DNA of 64,000 nt from Lacunisphaera sp. Its GTDB lineage: Bacteria; Verrucomicrobiota; Verrucomicrobiia; Opitutales; Opitutaceae. Below, in pieces: positions 28,460-37,947 of this stretch. Position 1 is the first letter of the stretch, and each line of letters opens with the position of its first letter. The DNA lies in contig DASYDH010000059.1 in assembly GCA_036499685.1 (NCBI GenBank), positions 23,057-87,056 of the forward strand. Reading direction: 5' to 3'. Below the pieces are notes generated by a model, which searched no databases, had not been told where the DNA came from, and worked only from the letters and a program-made list of their open reading frames with translations. The position numbers and the translations under genes were made by a program.

Positions 28460-29047
28460 TCAGGGTTGTCGGTGCCAAAAGTTGACATGGCCAATGGTCG
28501 CGAGCTTCCTCCAATGCCCGCCGATTCGTTCGAGCGCGTTGGGCTGTTCGAACTCAAAGAGGGCGGCATAAACCGGGCGATGGTCCGGCGCTAGCGATTG
28601 AAGCAGTGGCCGGTAGTTCATCGGCAGGATTTGCTCCCAGCGAAACAGCAGAATATCCGTAGAATAAAGGAATGCGCTGCTCACGTGCATTCAAAAATAG
28701 CGGAATCGGGCGACAAGTTTGTCTGGGCCCGACGCGCCGCATCCCGGTAGGTACGTTCGCATGGTTCCAAATTCAGAACGGGGCGAGCCCGGAAGAATCC
28801 TCGGCTGGAGGCAAAGTCTGCCGTGACTCAAAAACCGGGCACTATTAAGATGTCCGGACGGTTCCGATCTACCTGCATCTGGCGACAAATGTCGCCAGAG
28901 AAACAGAGCACAACCGGCGAAACCGCCCACCAAAAGCCCCATCAAAAAAGCGCGCAACCAAGCCGGACGAAATAGCGGCAGTGATGGCTGGGAATTGTTG
29001 GGTATCGGCGCGATAAAAGTAATAGTGCCAGTATTTCTAAAAATGCC
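28460..29047 (-). pseudogene. Probable decayed membrane (GT-C-like) gene remnant
   Basis: Protein-like segments in two frames broken by TGA stops and a frameshift (..ERTYRDAARRAQTNLSPDSAIF / MHVSSAFLYSTDILLFRWEQI..RPVYAALFEFE..); 3' end sits 2 bp before the next gene; 5' limit uncertain. Confidence 0.45.
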
Positions 29048-29183
29048 TCAAATCAATAATCCAGTCCTAAAAAGGTCATCGACGATTCCAGTCCTCCCCA
29101 CGGAAATGAATCCACCGCCTAATCACGGGCGCAAATAGCGCCGAATCTAAAAATCAAGCGCCACGATACCCAGGGGTAAAATT

Positions 29184-31403
29184 TCACGGTACAACTCCTG
29201 GGATTCCCACTATGCGCAGCTCCTTGATGGCGAACGGCAGCGATTCCTCATCTCCCTTTTCCCGGGAAATCGAAAGCGTGATCTGATTACGTTTTCCGGC
29301 AATCAATGGCACCTTGATTCCCCAGGGCGGCGCACCGGAAACGCTTAAAGCGAAGTCATCAGCTCCTTTCACCCGACGCGAAATCGTCCATGTTCCCTTC
29401 GGCCAGTTCGCTGGCTTAAAGGGATGCAATTCCATAACCAATTGACTGGGTGAATGCGGCAGTATCTCCAGATCAATTGAAGGCGAGGCCATATCCGGCG
29501 GTCCGTTCAGAGGAAAGACCCCGTTCATCGTGAAGACACGATTGCTCTCGCGAAGCAGGACATACTCGAGCCCCGTGAGACGCCGACGCGAGTTTGCGTC
29601 AAAGGTGTCGGCCCAGGCCCGGCTGACGAGCACCGCAGCGGGAGTGGGAATTTTCCGATTAGCCTCATTGATCACGTTGTCCCGCAGGTAGCCTCCACCT
29701 TGCTCCCCCCGGGCGGCAAAATAGATCCTGCTGTCGGAGAGGAAATAGGCCGCCCACATGCCGTGATAAAATGCCATGCGAAATGTCGCGGCTTCGATCA
29801 GAATCGGCCGTGCATGCAGCGTGGTTTGGGACTCTTCGCGCAATGTGAACCAATCATGGGAGAGCAGCTTTCGTTCGCTCCACTTATACATCTCCCGGCA
29901 TTGCATGCCCACGGCAAGGGTTAGAAAAGCAATCAGGCCCGCCATACCGGGCAGCACGAGCCTCCGGAAATTTTTCAATTCGGACTGATACCAATAATAC
30001 GCATCGACGATTACCCCGCCCAAAACAGCCGAAACAAAGATGCCGGTGAATTGCACACTCTTTTGCCAGCCATAAACGAAGTGCTCCAGCAAAGTATAGA
30101 TCAACAGGGCCAATCCGCCCGAAAAAACGAATAGACCGCCCCAGCGATCGCGTGCCCGGCGCCAAGCCAGACCGAGGCCAATCAGGATAAGCAAAGACAG
30201 GATTCCTCCCACCCATATCCCCAACCATTTGGCTGCAGTCGGAGCCAACGTGCCCAACGCCGGAAGGTATTGAACCGGATGCAACAGATCCATGATATTG
30301 CCCCAACGATCATCCGCTCGCGCCGACAAATAGGCGGCAACAAACCCCCAACCCGCCCGGAAAGTTGTGGCCGGGTTCAGGAGCAAACTGACACCGACGG
30401 CAACCGCCACGACCAACTTGGTACGCAGTTGCATTCCCGTTGAGGAAGTAACGAACGTCCGAATCCAAAGCAATCCGCAGGGCAAAAACACAAAGGGGAT
30501 CATTTCGGGATAGGAGCAGTACAAGCCGTGAAGGCTCAAAGCCAGCAACGATGACCACACCAGCAATTCGTTTCGCCGTTCCCACCCGGCGCGCAAGGCC
30601 GACTCCGTAGCGATGATGGCAGTCGATCCCACTATCACTCCGAGTAAGTTGGGTAGATTGGAATTACTGTAGAAAAACATAAAAATCGGGTGGAAAACCA
30701 TGAGCGATCCTTGGGCCAACCACGATAGTCGCTCGGTATAGAACGTCCGGATTGCCAGATGCGCCACCGCCAGCCATGGCAAAAAAAGACAGGCCGTGAG
30801 ATAAACATAGAGCTTGAGCGGAGACAGATTCACCACGGCTGAACAAAGCGCGATCAATCCCTCCGAGCCCATGCGTCCCCACGCGGGACGCCAGCCCACG
30901 ACGGCATCCGCCGCGCTCATCAGCGGCTGCAACGGATTCCACAGTGGGTGCTCCATGTAGGTGTACCGCTTGAGATGCTCCGCAACCACGATCCAGAAGA
31001 AACTGTCATGATTGCTGGTGCCGTCGTACATCACGGTGGTAAACGAGCTCAACACCGGCCAAAGCAGCAGAACGAAAAAGAGCAGCACGAGCGAGCCATA
31101 GAGCCACGTGGATTTCCGGCAAAACCAAGTCCGACAATCGCGCCAAAACATCCTGCGGCTCCGAGTCCAAAACAGGGAGACAAAAACCGGCGTCAAACAT
31201 CCCCAAGCCGCGAGACCGGAGAGCGGCAGAAAGAAATTTACCAGCGAAACCGCCAGCAGGAGCGAAGCGATTCCCGTCAAGATCGCGATCGACATCCGGG
31301 TAGGTTCATCACTGCGGTTGAAAGCCGCCGCCAGCCAATACCCGGCCAAAACCAGCACGACGGGAATACCGAGCAGCAGCAAAATTCCTTCAAATGGATT
31401 CAT
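29184..31403 (-). CDS. Polytopic membrane protein, putative GT-C glycosyltransferase with C-terminal beta-rich domain
   Basis: 739 aa from ATG 31403; more than 10 hydrophobic segments; loop motif YDGTSNHDSFFW; soluble C-terminus. Confidence 0.65.
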   Translation of the reverse strand: MNPFEGILLLLGIPVVLVLAGYWLAAAFNRSDEPTRMSIAILTGIASLLLAVSLVNFFLPLSGLAAWGCLTPVFVSLFWTRSRRMFWRDCRTWFCRKSTWLYGSLVLLFFVLLLWPVLSSFTTVMYDGTSNHDSFFWIVVAEHLKRYTYMEHPLWNPLQPLMSAADAVVGWRPAWGRMGSEGLIALCSAVVNLSPLKLYVYLTACLFLPWLAVAHLAIRTFYTERLSWLAQGSLMVFHPIFMFFYSNSNLPNLLGVIVGSTAIIATESALRAGWERRNELLVWSSLLALSLHGLYCSYPEMIPFVFLPCGLLWIRTFVTSSTGMQLRTKLVVAVAVGVSLLLNPATTFRAGWGFVAAYLSARADDRWGNIMDLLHPVQYLPALGTLAPTAAKWLGIWVGGILSLLILIGLGLAWRRARDRWGGLFVFSGGLALLIYTLLEHFVYGWQKSVQFTGIFVSAVLGGVIVDAYYWYQSELKNFRRLVLPGMAGLIAFLTLAVGMQCREMYKWSERKLLSHDWFTLREESQTTLHARPILIEAATFRMAFYHGMWAAYFLSDSRIYFAARGEQGGGYLRDNVINEANRKIPTPAAVLVSRAWADTFDANSRRRLTGLEYVLLRESNRVFTMNGVFPLNGPPDMASPSIDLEILPHSPSQLVMELHPFKPANWPKGTWTISRRVKGADDFALSVSGAPPWGIKVPLIAGKRNQITLSISREKGDEESLPFAIKELRIVGIPGVVP

Positions 31404-31423
31404 CTTAATTCTTTCAGGTTTGG

Positions 31424-33025
31424 TTACCAGCTGGCGATGGATTCGAGCCGGCGGCGGAAGCGCGCACCGATGACGGCCGGGGAATAGCGTTCTTCCATCC
31501 GCACGCGCGCTGCCGCGCCTAACCGGGCGCCCAGTGCGCGGTCTTCCGACAGGCGGCGCATCCACCAAGCCGCGTGCGCCACCTCCGGCTCGGCCCAGGT
31601 TTGCCCTTTCGCGTAGGGTCCGTGGTTACTTTCGAGCGCGATGAGTTCGCAACGGACGGGACATCCGTTGTCCGCAGTAACGAATTCCGCAGTGCCTGAC
31701 CAGTCGGTGGAAATGACGGGCTTGCCGAGATACATCGATTCGGCGACGGCGATCCCGAAGCCCTCCGAACGGTGCAGGGAGACGAAACAATCGCAGGTGG
31801 ATTCGAGTTCGTAAATTTCCGTGCGCGAAAGCGTGGTGGAGATGATCGTCGTGTTCGGTAACGAGGCAGCATCGGTGCGGAGTCGCTCAAAGTCGGCCGG
31901 ATTCGCGGCGGTGTTGTGCACCTTGATGACCAACGCGGCGCCCTTGCCGGCAAGTCCGGAACGGCGAAACGCCTCAATTACGGCGGCTGGATTTTTGCGT
32001 TCCGAGTAAGAATTCAGGTCGTACAGAAAAAGAAAAAGATACTGGTCGCGAGGCAGCCCAAACTTGGCGCGAAAATCGCCGGTCGGGCGGGTAAACGAAA
32101 TGGCGTGCGGCATCGTGAGTACCGGCACCGAAACTTTCTGCGCAATGGCCTCCGCAGCGAAACGGGAAGGCGCCCAGATTTCGTCGAAGACGTCGGCGAA
32201 GCGAACCCACGCGTCAGGAAATTCGGGAAGTTCCCAAGCCCAGTAGCCGATATTGTATTTGCCGGAGCGAAACGCGGCGCCATGGTAGGTATCGATGTCA
32301 AGGGACACCGGCGCGTCGAGGTGAAAAACATTAACGGGGTGGGGATTCGTCAGCTGTAGCCGCGAAACGAAGGCGGTGTCCGTTTGCGGATTGATACAGT
32401 GCAGCTTCAGCTCGACGAGCGCGGCTTCCAATTTCGCCGCCTCGGCAGCACGTGCCATGCAGCGGACGGATTCGCCCACCCCGAGATCGGCGCGGAAAAA
32501 TCCGACGATGTTGAGCCCCAGATGCAGCGAGCGGCGCGTGACCTCGCGGTTCCACGGTGCGCTACGATTGCCGAAATCGCACAAGGTTTCCCCGTCGACT
32601 TCAACGCGCTGGATGCGCAACCGCCGGTTCCGCGGCTGCAGACGCCATTTTTGCAGAAAACCCAACCCGGTGACACGACCGGCCCACGCAAGCAGATTGC
32701 TGAACGATACGCCGAGCAGGCTGAGCTCGAGCCGGTGGCCGGAAGAAGGGGTCGTGGCTGGCCAGGGAATTTCAAACCGAAACGGTCCGGGTTTCATTCC
32801 CGTCTGACCCGAAACGATCCTATCATTGATTTTTATTTCGAGGCCCAGTGCTCCGTCGGCGGCCGTGTCACCGGACGAAGGAAGGAGTTCGCCGACAATC
32901 GCGAGTGAAGCACCGCCGTCGAGTGGCGGAAGATTTATGGTGCCTTGCTCGCGAATCCACGCGGAATTTTCGGCGGTGTCGTCGAAGAAGAGACCGGTGA
33001 ACTTGGGCGGACGTCGCGAAGGCAT
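31424..33025 (-). CDS. GT4 glycosyltransferase with N-terminal accessory beta-domain
   Basis: 533 aa; GLNIVGF..ADLGVGES.R, IGYWAWELPEFP, RKNP.AVI.AF, SLHRSEGFG...AESMYLGKPVI.T.WSG. Confidence 0.9.
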   Translation of the reverse strand: MPSRRPPKFTGLFFDDTAENSAWIREQGTINLPPLDGGASLAIVGELLPSSGDTAADGALGLEIKINDRIVSGQTGMKPGPFRFEIPWPATTPSSGHRLELSLLGVSFSNLLAWAGRVTGLGFLQKWRLQPRNRRLRIQRVEVDGETLCDFGNRSAPWNREVTRRSLHLGLNIVGFFRADLGVGESVRCMARAAEAAKLEAALVELKLHCINPQTDTAFVSRLQLTNPHPVNVFHLDAPVSLDIDTYHGAAFRSGKYNIGYWAWELPEFPDAWVRFADVFDEIWAPSRFAAEAIAQKVSVPVLTMPHAISFTRPTGDFRAKFGLPRDQYLFLFLYDLNSYSERKNPAAVIEAFRRSGLAGKGAALVIKVHNTAANPADFERLRTDAASLPNTTIISTTLSRTEIYELESTCDCFVSLHRSEGFGIAVAESMYLGKPVISTDWSGTAEFVTADNGCPVRCELIALESNHGPYAKGQTWAEPEVAHAAWWMRRLSEDRALGARLGAAARVRMEERYSPAVIGARFRRRLESIASW

Positions 33026-33054
33026 AGCTGTAAAGAGCGTGGCTGGAAAAGGAG

Positions 33055-35202
33055 TTATTGGCTGAGGCGCAAGTTGACCAAACGAAATCCCAGCAGACGC
33101 CGATCCGTCGCCGACGGTGCGGTGACTGGACCTGTGAAGTGGAAATGAATATGATTAGCTCCGGGTTGCAAAGTGAGGGCAAGATTCACCATGCCGGCGG
33201 GCGTCTGTCCAGCCGCGATCTGCCAGAGCTGATGTTCGTCAAATGAAGCTGTAATCTGTCCCGCGTTTTGAGTGGCGGCGCTAAATTCAATACTCACCAC
33301 GATGGATTGACTGGCTGGATTCCAGATGGACAAGTCTGCTTCCCGTCCCGCCCAACGCCAAACATCCGAGTTGTTTCGCTCAAGCCCGAACCAGCCCTTT
33401 TCGGCCAGGAATTGCAGCTTATCCGGAGAATTCGCGGTTTCAGTCCATGGATCAGCGAGCCAGTCGGCATTAACATCAGGCAGCTTCGGTGACGAAGCCG
33501 GGTGCAAGGCAAACGCAAGGTGGTCGCCGATCTCGACAATCTCGTTATACCCGAGCGCGATCAATTGGCGGCGGAGCGCTGCGCCCGCATCCGGATAGGC
33601 CTTCTTGTTTAAATAGATTGCGGCGTAACCCGCTTTTTCCAGTGACTCGCACATTTCCCCGACCGGTCGACCCGCGATCCATTTTTCCCAGCGCAACGCT
33701 TTTTCCCCGGTGAGAAGACCATAGGAGAAATTTGTGCTGACGCTGAAAAACCACGGTCGAAACAGCTCATAATCGGTCATGCCATTGACCGGTGGCTGTT
33801 CAAGAAACGGCACCACGGGTAGTTGAAAAACTGACGCGCCCGCGGGCAATTTCGAGTCGAGTTGCGCAGCAACCAGCCGGTCTTCCGAAACTTTTTTTGC
33901 CAGATAGGCGCGATCTGCGGAGAACGGTCGGCGAGGCAACTGATCCCAGAGTCCGATCATCGTTGCGACAATGGCAAATACGCTCGCGAGCCAGGCGGGA
34001 AGATGGCGGCTGCGGCGGGAAGCCCATGAGGCGAGTGCGAAAAGAGCGATCGCGAGCAAATAGATCGAATACCGATTCCCCGCCCGAAAGAGATCGATGC
34101 CAGCGAACGCAAGCAGCCCGTTCAGGCCTCCGACGATGAAAAAAAGAATCAGCCAGCCAAACAAGGCGGCATACGAGGGTCGGAGTCCCAGTCGTCGGTG
34201 GATCGCCGCGTTGGTTGCGGTGATTGCGAGGACGAAGAGGCCGCCGATGCCGGCGATCCCGAGATAGGGGAAGAAAAGTTCACCCTTGAGACTCGTATCG
34301 GCCGCGTAGCGTGTACCAATGCCGGCAGCGAATGCCCAGCGATGAGAGGGGGGAGGGATGAGGAGTTCGATCGGGCGCAGGCCGTAGATTTCGGTGCTCG
34401 CGTAGTTGCGTTCGAGCAAGCCGTGTTCCCCGCCGCATAACTTGAAAATTGCGCTGTAGTTTGTCGTGAGCAACGTAGCTGCAAGGACCGCCGCACAGGC
34501 AAGACCCATCATTAGATTGCTTCGCTGGCGATGAGTAGCCGCCTGATAAATGAGGGCGAAACCCAGAAGCTGGCAAAAACCAAAGGTGAAATAGGGGCTG
34601 CCCATTCCGGTCGCGACCGCAGTAGCGAGGCAGAAGGTGCGCCAACCGCGAAATTTGAGGAACTGCTGGCTGCTGCCGATCAGCCACGCGCTGAGCAATT
34701 GGGCTGGCACGACGTAACTCAATGTAAACGAGTAGTGGGAAAGGCCCCGATGACGATTATAGAAACTAAAGCCAAAGAGGAGTGCCGCAGCCGCGGAGTA
34801 GACTGGGCGATGACCGAGCGCCCGGCTGCAAAAGTAGAAGGTCGCGATCGCGGCGAGATGCGCCGTGATCAGCGCGAAATTGCTCGCGGCGATCAGTCCG
34901 GTGATTTTTGCCAGTGTGCCGAACAGAATGAACACCATCGAGTCGGGCATCGGGTAGGCCGACCAGTCGGCGCGCCATGGCGCGCCCAAATGTGGCATGA
35001 CCTTATTGAATAAAATTCCGAACCCGGCGTCGCCGGAGAGTTTGAACCTCGCCAACACTTCGAGCGCGTCGACACTGTAAGCTGCGGGCGTCTGCCAACT
35101 GGCGAGCGTCCAATGCCCCGTGGCGAAAATCCAGATCAATGCAGCGAGGGTCAGAAGCGCGGGCAGGCGGAAATGTTTCTGGCTGACGAGGGCGAGTCGC
35201 AT
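33055..35202 (-). CDS. Polytopic membrane protein, putative GT-C glycosyltransferase with C-terminal beta-domain
   Basis: 715 aa; P.AYSVDA loop after TM1; E.YGLRP.ELL.PP; VFQLP..PF.E; C-terminal GWFGLE..WRWA...DRRLLGF. Confidence 0.65.
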   Translation of the reverse strand: MRLALVSQKHFRLPALLTLAALIWIFATGHWTLASWQTPAAYSVDALEVLARFKLSGDAGFGILFNKVMPHLGAPWRADWSAYPMPDSMVFILFGTLAKITGLIAASNFALITAHLAAIATFYFCSRALGHRPVYSAAAALLFGFSFYNRHRGLSHYSFTLSYVVPAQLLSAWLIGSSQQFLKFRGWRTFCLATAVATGMGSPYFTFGFCQLLGFALIYQAATHRQRSNLMMGLACAAVLAATLLTTNYSAIFKLCGGEHGLLERNYASTEIYGLRPIELLIPPPSHRWAFAAGIGTRYAADTSLKGELFFPYLGIAGIGGLFVLAITATNAAIHRRLGLRPSYAALFGWLILFFIVGGLNGLLAFAGIDLFRAGNRYSIYLLAIALFALASWASRRSRHLPAWLASVFAIVATMIGLWDQLPRRPFSADRAYLAKKVSEDRLVAAQLDSKLPAGASVFQLPVVPFLEQPPVNGMTDYELFRPWFFSVSTNFSYGLLTGEKALRWEKWIAGRPVGEMCESLEKAGYAAIYLNKKAYPDAGAALRRQLIALGYNEIVEIGDHLAFALHPASSPKLPDVNADWLADPWTETANSPDKLQFLAEKGWFGLERNNSDVWRWAGREADLSIWNPASQSIVVSIEFSAATQNAGQITASFDEHQLWQIAAGQTPAGMVNLALTLQPGANHIHFHFTGPVTAPSATDRRLLGFRLVNLRLSQ

Positions 35203-35324
35203 TGTGGGGTGGCTTCAAAAAAGATGGCGGATGAGTCACGGCTTGCCCATTCATTTCGGTGTTTGCGACGGGGATCGAGGTATTTTCATGGCGTTGGCCG
35301 GTCGATGCGGCAATGTGGCGGCCC

Positions 35325-36059
35325 ATGCAACCCGAGGAATACCGCAAAATGGCCGGCGTTGAGGACCGCATGTGGTACTATCGCGCGTTGCACCGGCACG
35401 TGCTGCGAAGTTTGCGATCAAATCTGCCGGCGGCGACGGCCCCGAGCCTGCTTGATGCCGGCTGTGGAACGGGCGGCCTGCTGCGTCGCGTAAAGGAAGC
35501 GGTACCGGCCTGGCGGCTTGCCGGTTTGGATTTTTCGCCTCTGGCCTGCGAACTGGCGAGAGAGAGAACCGGTCTCGACGTGGAGCAGGGATCGATCACG
35601 GCGATGCCATTTGCCGACGCATCGTTTGATGCGATTGTGTCATGCGATGTGGTTTGTCAGGTGGCCGATGCCGTCGTGGCGTTGTGTGAGTTTAACCGTT
35701 GCCTGCGGCCTGCGGGCATCGTGGTGCTAACCATGCCTGCCTACCAATGGATGTATTCCTACCATGACCGCGAAGTGGCGAATCTCCGGCGCTACAATCG
35801 CGGCGAGGTGAACGCATTATTGCGGGAGGCTGGGTTTGCGATCACGCACAGCACCTATTGGAACATGTTTCCTTTCCCGCTCGCGGTGGTTCGGCGGAAA
35901 ATGTTTCCACCCAAAACGCCGGACAGCGACGTCCGGCAATTTCCCGCCGTGGTCGAGGCTGCGTTCAATGGCGTGATGGCCGTGGAGCACGGATGGCTGC
36001 GCGCCGGGTTTCGGATGCCATTTGGTAATTCGGTGCTGACTGTTGCGCAAAAACCCTGA
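35325..36059 (+). CDS. Class I SAM-dependent methyltransferase
   Basis: From ATG 35325; E..MWYYRA; LLDAGCGTGG; MPFA..SFD; YQWMYS.HD. Confidence 0.9.
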   Translation: MQPEEYRKMAGVEDRMWYYRALHRHVLRSLRSNLPAATAPSLLDAGCGTGGLLRRVKEAVPAWRLAGLDFSPLACELARERTGLDVEQGSITAMPFADASFDAIVSCDVVCQVADAVVALCEFNRCLRPAGIVVLTMPAYQWMYSYHDREVANLRRYNRGEVNALLREAGFAITHSTYWNMFPFPLAVVRRKMFPPKTPDSDVRQFPAVVEAAFNGVMAVEHGWLRAGFRMPFGNSVLTVAQKP

Positions 36060-36081
36060 CAGTCGGGGTTGCACCCCACCC

Positions 36082-37020
36082 ATGAAGATTGCCCTGAGTT
36101 TTGTCGTGCCCCTGTACTTTAGCGCGGAAACGATCGTTCCTCTCGTGAAAGAGATCGAGTTGCTGGAAATCGATGGGGGACACGAGGTGATTTTGGTTAA
36201 CGACGGCAGCCGTGACGCGACGGCGGGAATCTGTCGGGAGCTGATTCGCGACGCGCGAATTCCCATCGTGTTCATCAATCACGCGCGGAACTTTGGGGAG
36301 CACAATGCGGTGCTCACCGGTTATCGTCATGCGCGTGGTGCCTACATCGTGAATCTCGACGATGACGGACAAAATCTCCCGGCGGAAGCGGTGCGATTGT
36401 GGCAACTCGCAAAGCGTGACGGGCTGGATGTCGTTTACGGACATTACGCGAAGAAAGAACATGCGGGCTGGCGCAATCTGGGGAGCTGGGCAACGAATCG
36501 GATGACCGATTGGGTATTGGACAAACCGAAAGGGTTTTATCTGTCGAGTTTTCGTTGTGTGAGCGCCTTCGTCGCCAAAGAAGTGGCGGCGCACGACGGG
36601 CCTTATCCCTACATTGACGGTCTTATCCTGCAGGTGACGCAAAATCTGGGTGCGCTGGAAGTGCAACACGCGGTGCGGATGGCGGGTGAGAGCGGCTACA
36701 CCATGCGACGCTTGGTGCGCTTATGGGCGAGTACGTTCGTGAATTTTTCCGTGATGCCGTTGCGTCTCGCGACGTTGCTCGGACTGGTCATGGCGATCGC
36801 GGGCCTCACAGGCCTATCGGTGGTTTTCTATCTGCGTTTCACGAACATGGGTCCGGACTACGGTTGGGGTTCGCTGATGGCCGCACTGTTGGTTTTTTCC
36901 GGTACGCAGTTGGTCATGCTGGGGCTGATTGGCGAGTATGTCGGCCGGATGTTTCTCACCGTCAATCGCCGGCCCCAGTCGGTCGTGCGTTCGGTCGAGC
37001 AGGGCGGACCGGACCTTTAG
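36082..37020 (+). CDS. GT2, ArnC/GtrB-like polyprenol-phosphate glycosyltransferase
   Basis: From ATG 36082; LVNDGSRD, RNFGEHNA, LDDD.QN, two C-terminal TMs, GLIGEYVGRMF..V..RP. Confidence 0.9.
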   Translation: MKIALSFVVPLYFSAETIVPLVKEIELLEIDGGHEVILVNDGSRDATAGICRELIRDARIPIVFINHARNFGEHNAVLTGYRHARGAYIVNLDDDGQNLPAEAVRLWQLAKRDGLDVVYGHYAKKEHAGWRNLGSWATNRMTDWVLDKPKGFYLSSFRCVSAFVAKEVAAHDGPYPYIDGLILQVTQNLGALEVQHAVRMAGESGYTMRRLVRLWASTFVNFSVMPLRLATLLGLVMAIAGLTGLSVVFYLRFTNMGPDYGWGSLMAALLVFSGTQLVMLGLIGEYVGRMFLTVNRRPQSVVRSVEQGGPDL

Positions 37021-37945
37021 TCGCGTTCGCGAGCAGCGCTTCCCAGCGATCCAATTCGACTTGGATCGCTTCCTGCGCGCCGATTTTCGCCTCGGCCGGC
37101 GGGCGTGAGCGAAGATAAAGCACGTGAAAAAATGCTTCACGGGCGAGTCTTTGGTCAGGAAAATCGCGCGGATCCGGCCAGAATGTTGCCAGGTGATGCC
37201 AGCACCAAATGCGGCCCATTTTTACCGCGATCGTTTCGTGCCAGCGCAGCATTAGGCGTTGGGAGTTTTGCTCGTCGCGGAGTTTTCGCCCGACGGATTG
37301 GCTGACGTGATGCCTCACGGTGCTCCGGAGGCTAACGTAGTTTCGAAGGCCGGCGGCCTCAGCGCGCAGACAAAGGTCCACGTCCTCGCCGCCGTTGCGA
37401 AAACCTTCATCAAAGCCGCCGAATTGTTTCCATGTGGAGGAACGGACCGCAAAACAAGCGCCGGTCAGCGCCGAAACGCGCCGGTAACCTGCCAGGCGGC
37501 GAAGGATCGGAAACGTCGTGTCGTGTTCCGGTTTTCCTTTGAGATTAAAAAATATCCCGGCGTGGTCGACGGCGTTGGTGCTGGCGTTCAACTGCACGTT
37601 CCCGACGAGCCCGGCTTTGGCAAAGCGGGCGAACATTGACAGCATTGGTTCGATCCATCGCGGGAGGAGCACCAGGTCGTTGTTTAGAAAAAAGAAAATT
37701 TCGCCTCGTGCGGCGGCTGCGCCCCGGTTGCAAGATGCCGCGAATCCGAGGTTTTCCTCGTTCAAAATTGCCCGGCAGTTACCGCCGAAACTCTGGAGCC
37801 ATTCTCGCGTGCTGTCGGTGCTACCGTCGTCAACGAAAATGATTTCGTGGTGGAGGGTGTTCGGAACCGTTTGTTGCAGACTCGCCAACATTGCCTGGGT
37901 GAACGCCAGGCAGTTATAGAGCGGCACGATGAACGACACCTTCAT
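36962..37945 (-). CDS. GT2 glycosyltransferase (rhamnosyltransferase-like)
   Basis: VDDGSTD, NLGFA..CNRG, FLNND, ALTGACF, FDE.F.NG.EDVDLCLR. Confidence 0.9.
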   Translation of the reverse strand: MKVSFIVPLYNCLAFTQAMLASLQQTVPNTLHHEIIFVDDGSTDSTREWLQSFGGNCRAILNEENLGFAASCNRGAAAARGEIFFFLNNDLVLLPRWIEPMLSMFARFAKAGLVGNVQLNASTNAVDHAGIFFNLKGKPEHDTTFPILRRLAGYRRVSALTGACFAVRSSTWKQFGGFDEGFRNGGEDVDLCLRAEAAGLRNYVSLRSTVRHHVSQSVGRKLRDEQNSQRLMLRWHETIAVKMGRIWCWHHLATFWPDPRDFPDQRLAREAFFHVLYLRSRPPAEAKIGAQEAIQVELDRWEALLANATKGPVRPARPNARPTGAGD

Positions 37946-37947
37946 GC

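Noticed and set aside
36082-37020. Prophage gtrABC-type serotype-conversion cassette
   Set aside because: No GtrA, integrase, att repeats, tRNA or phage genes are visible
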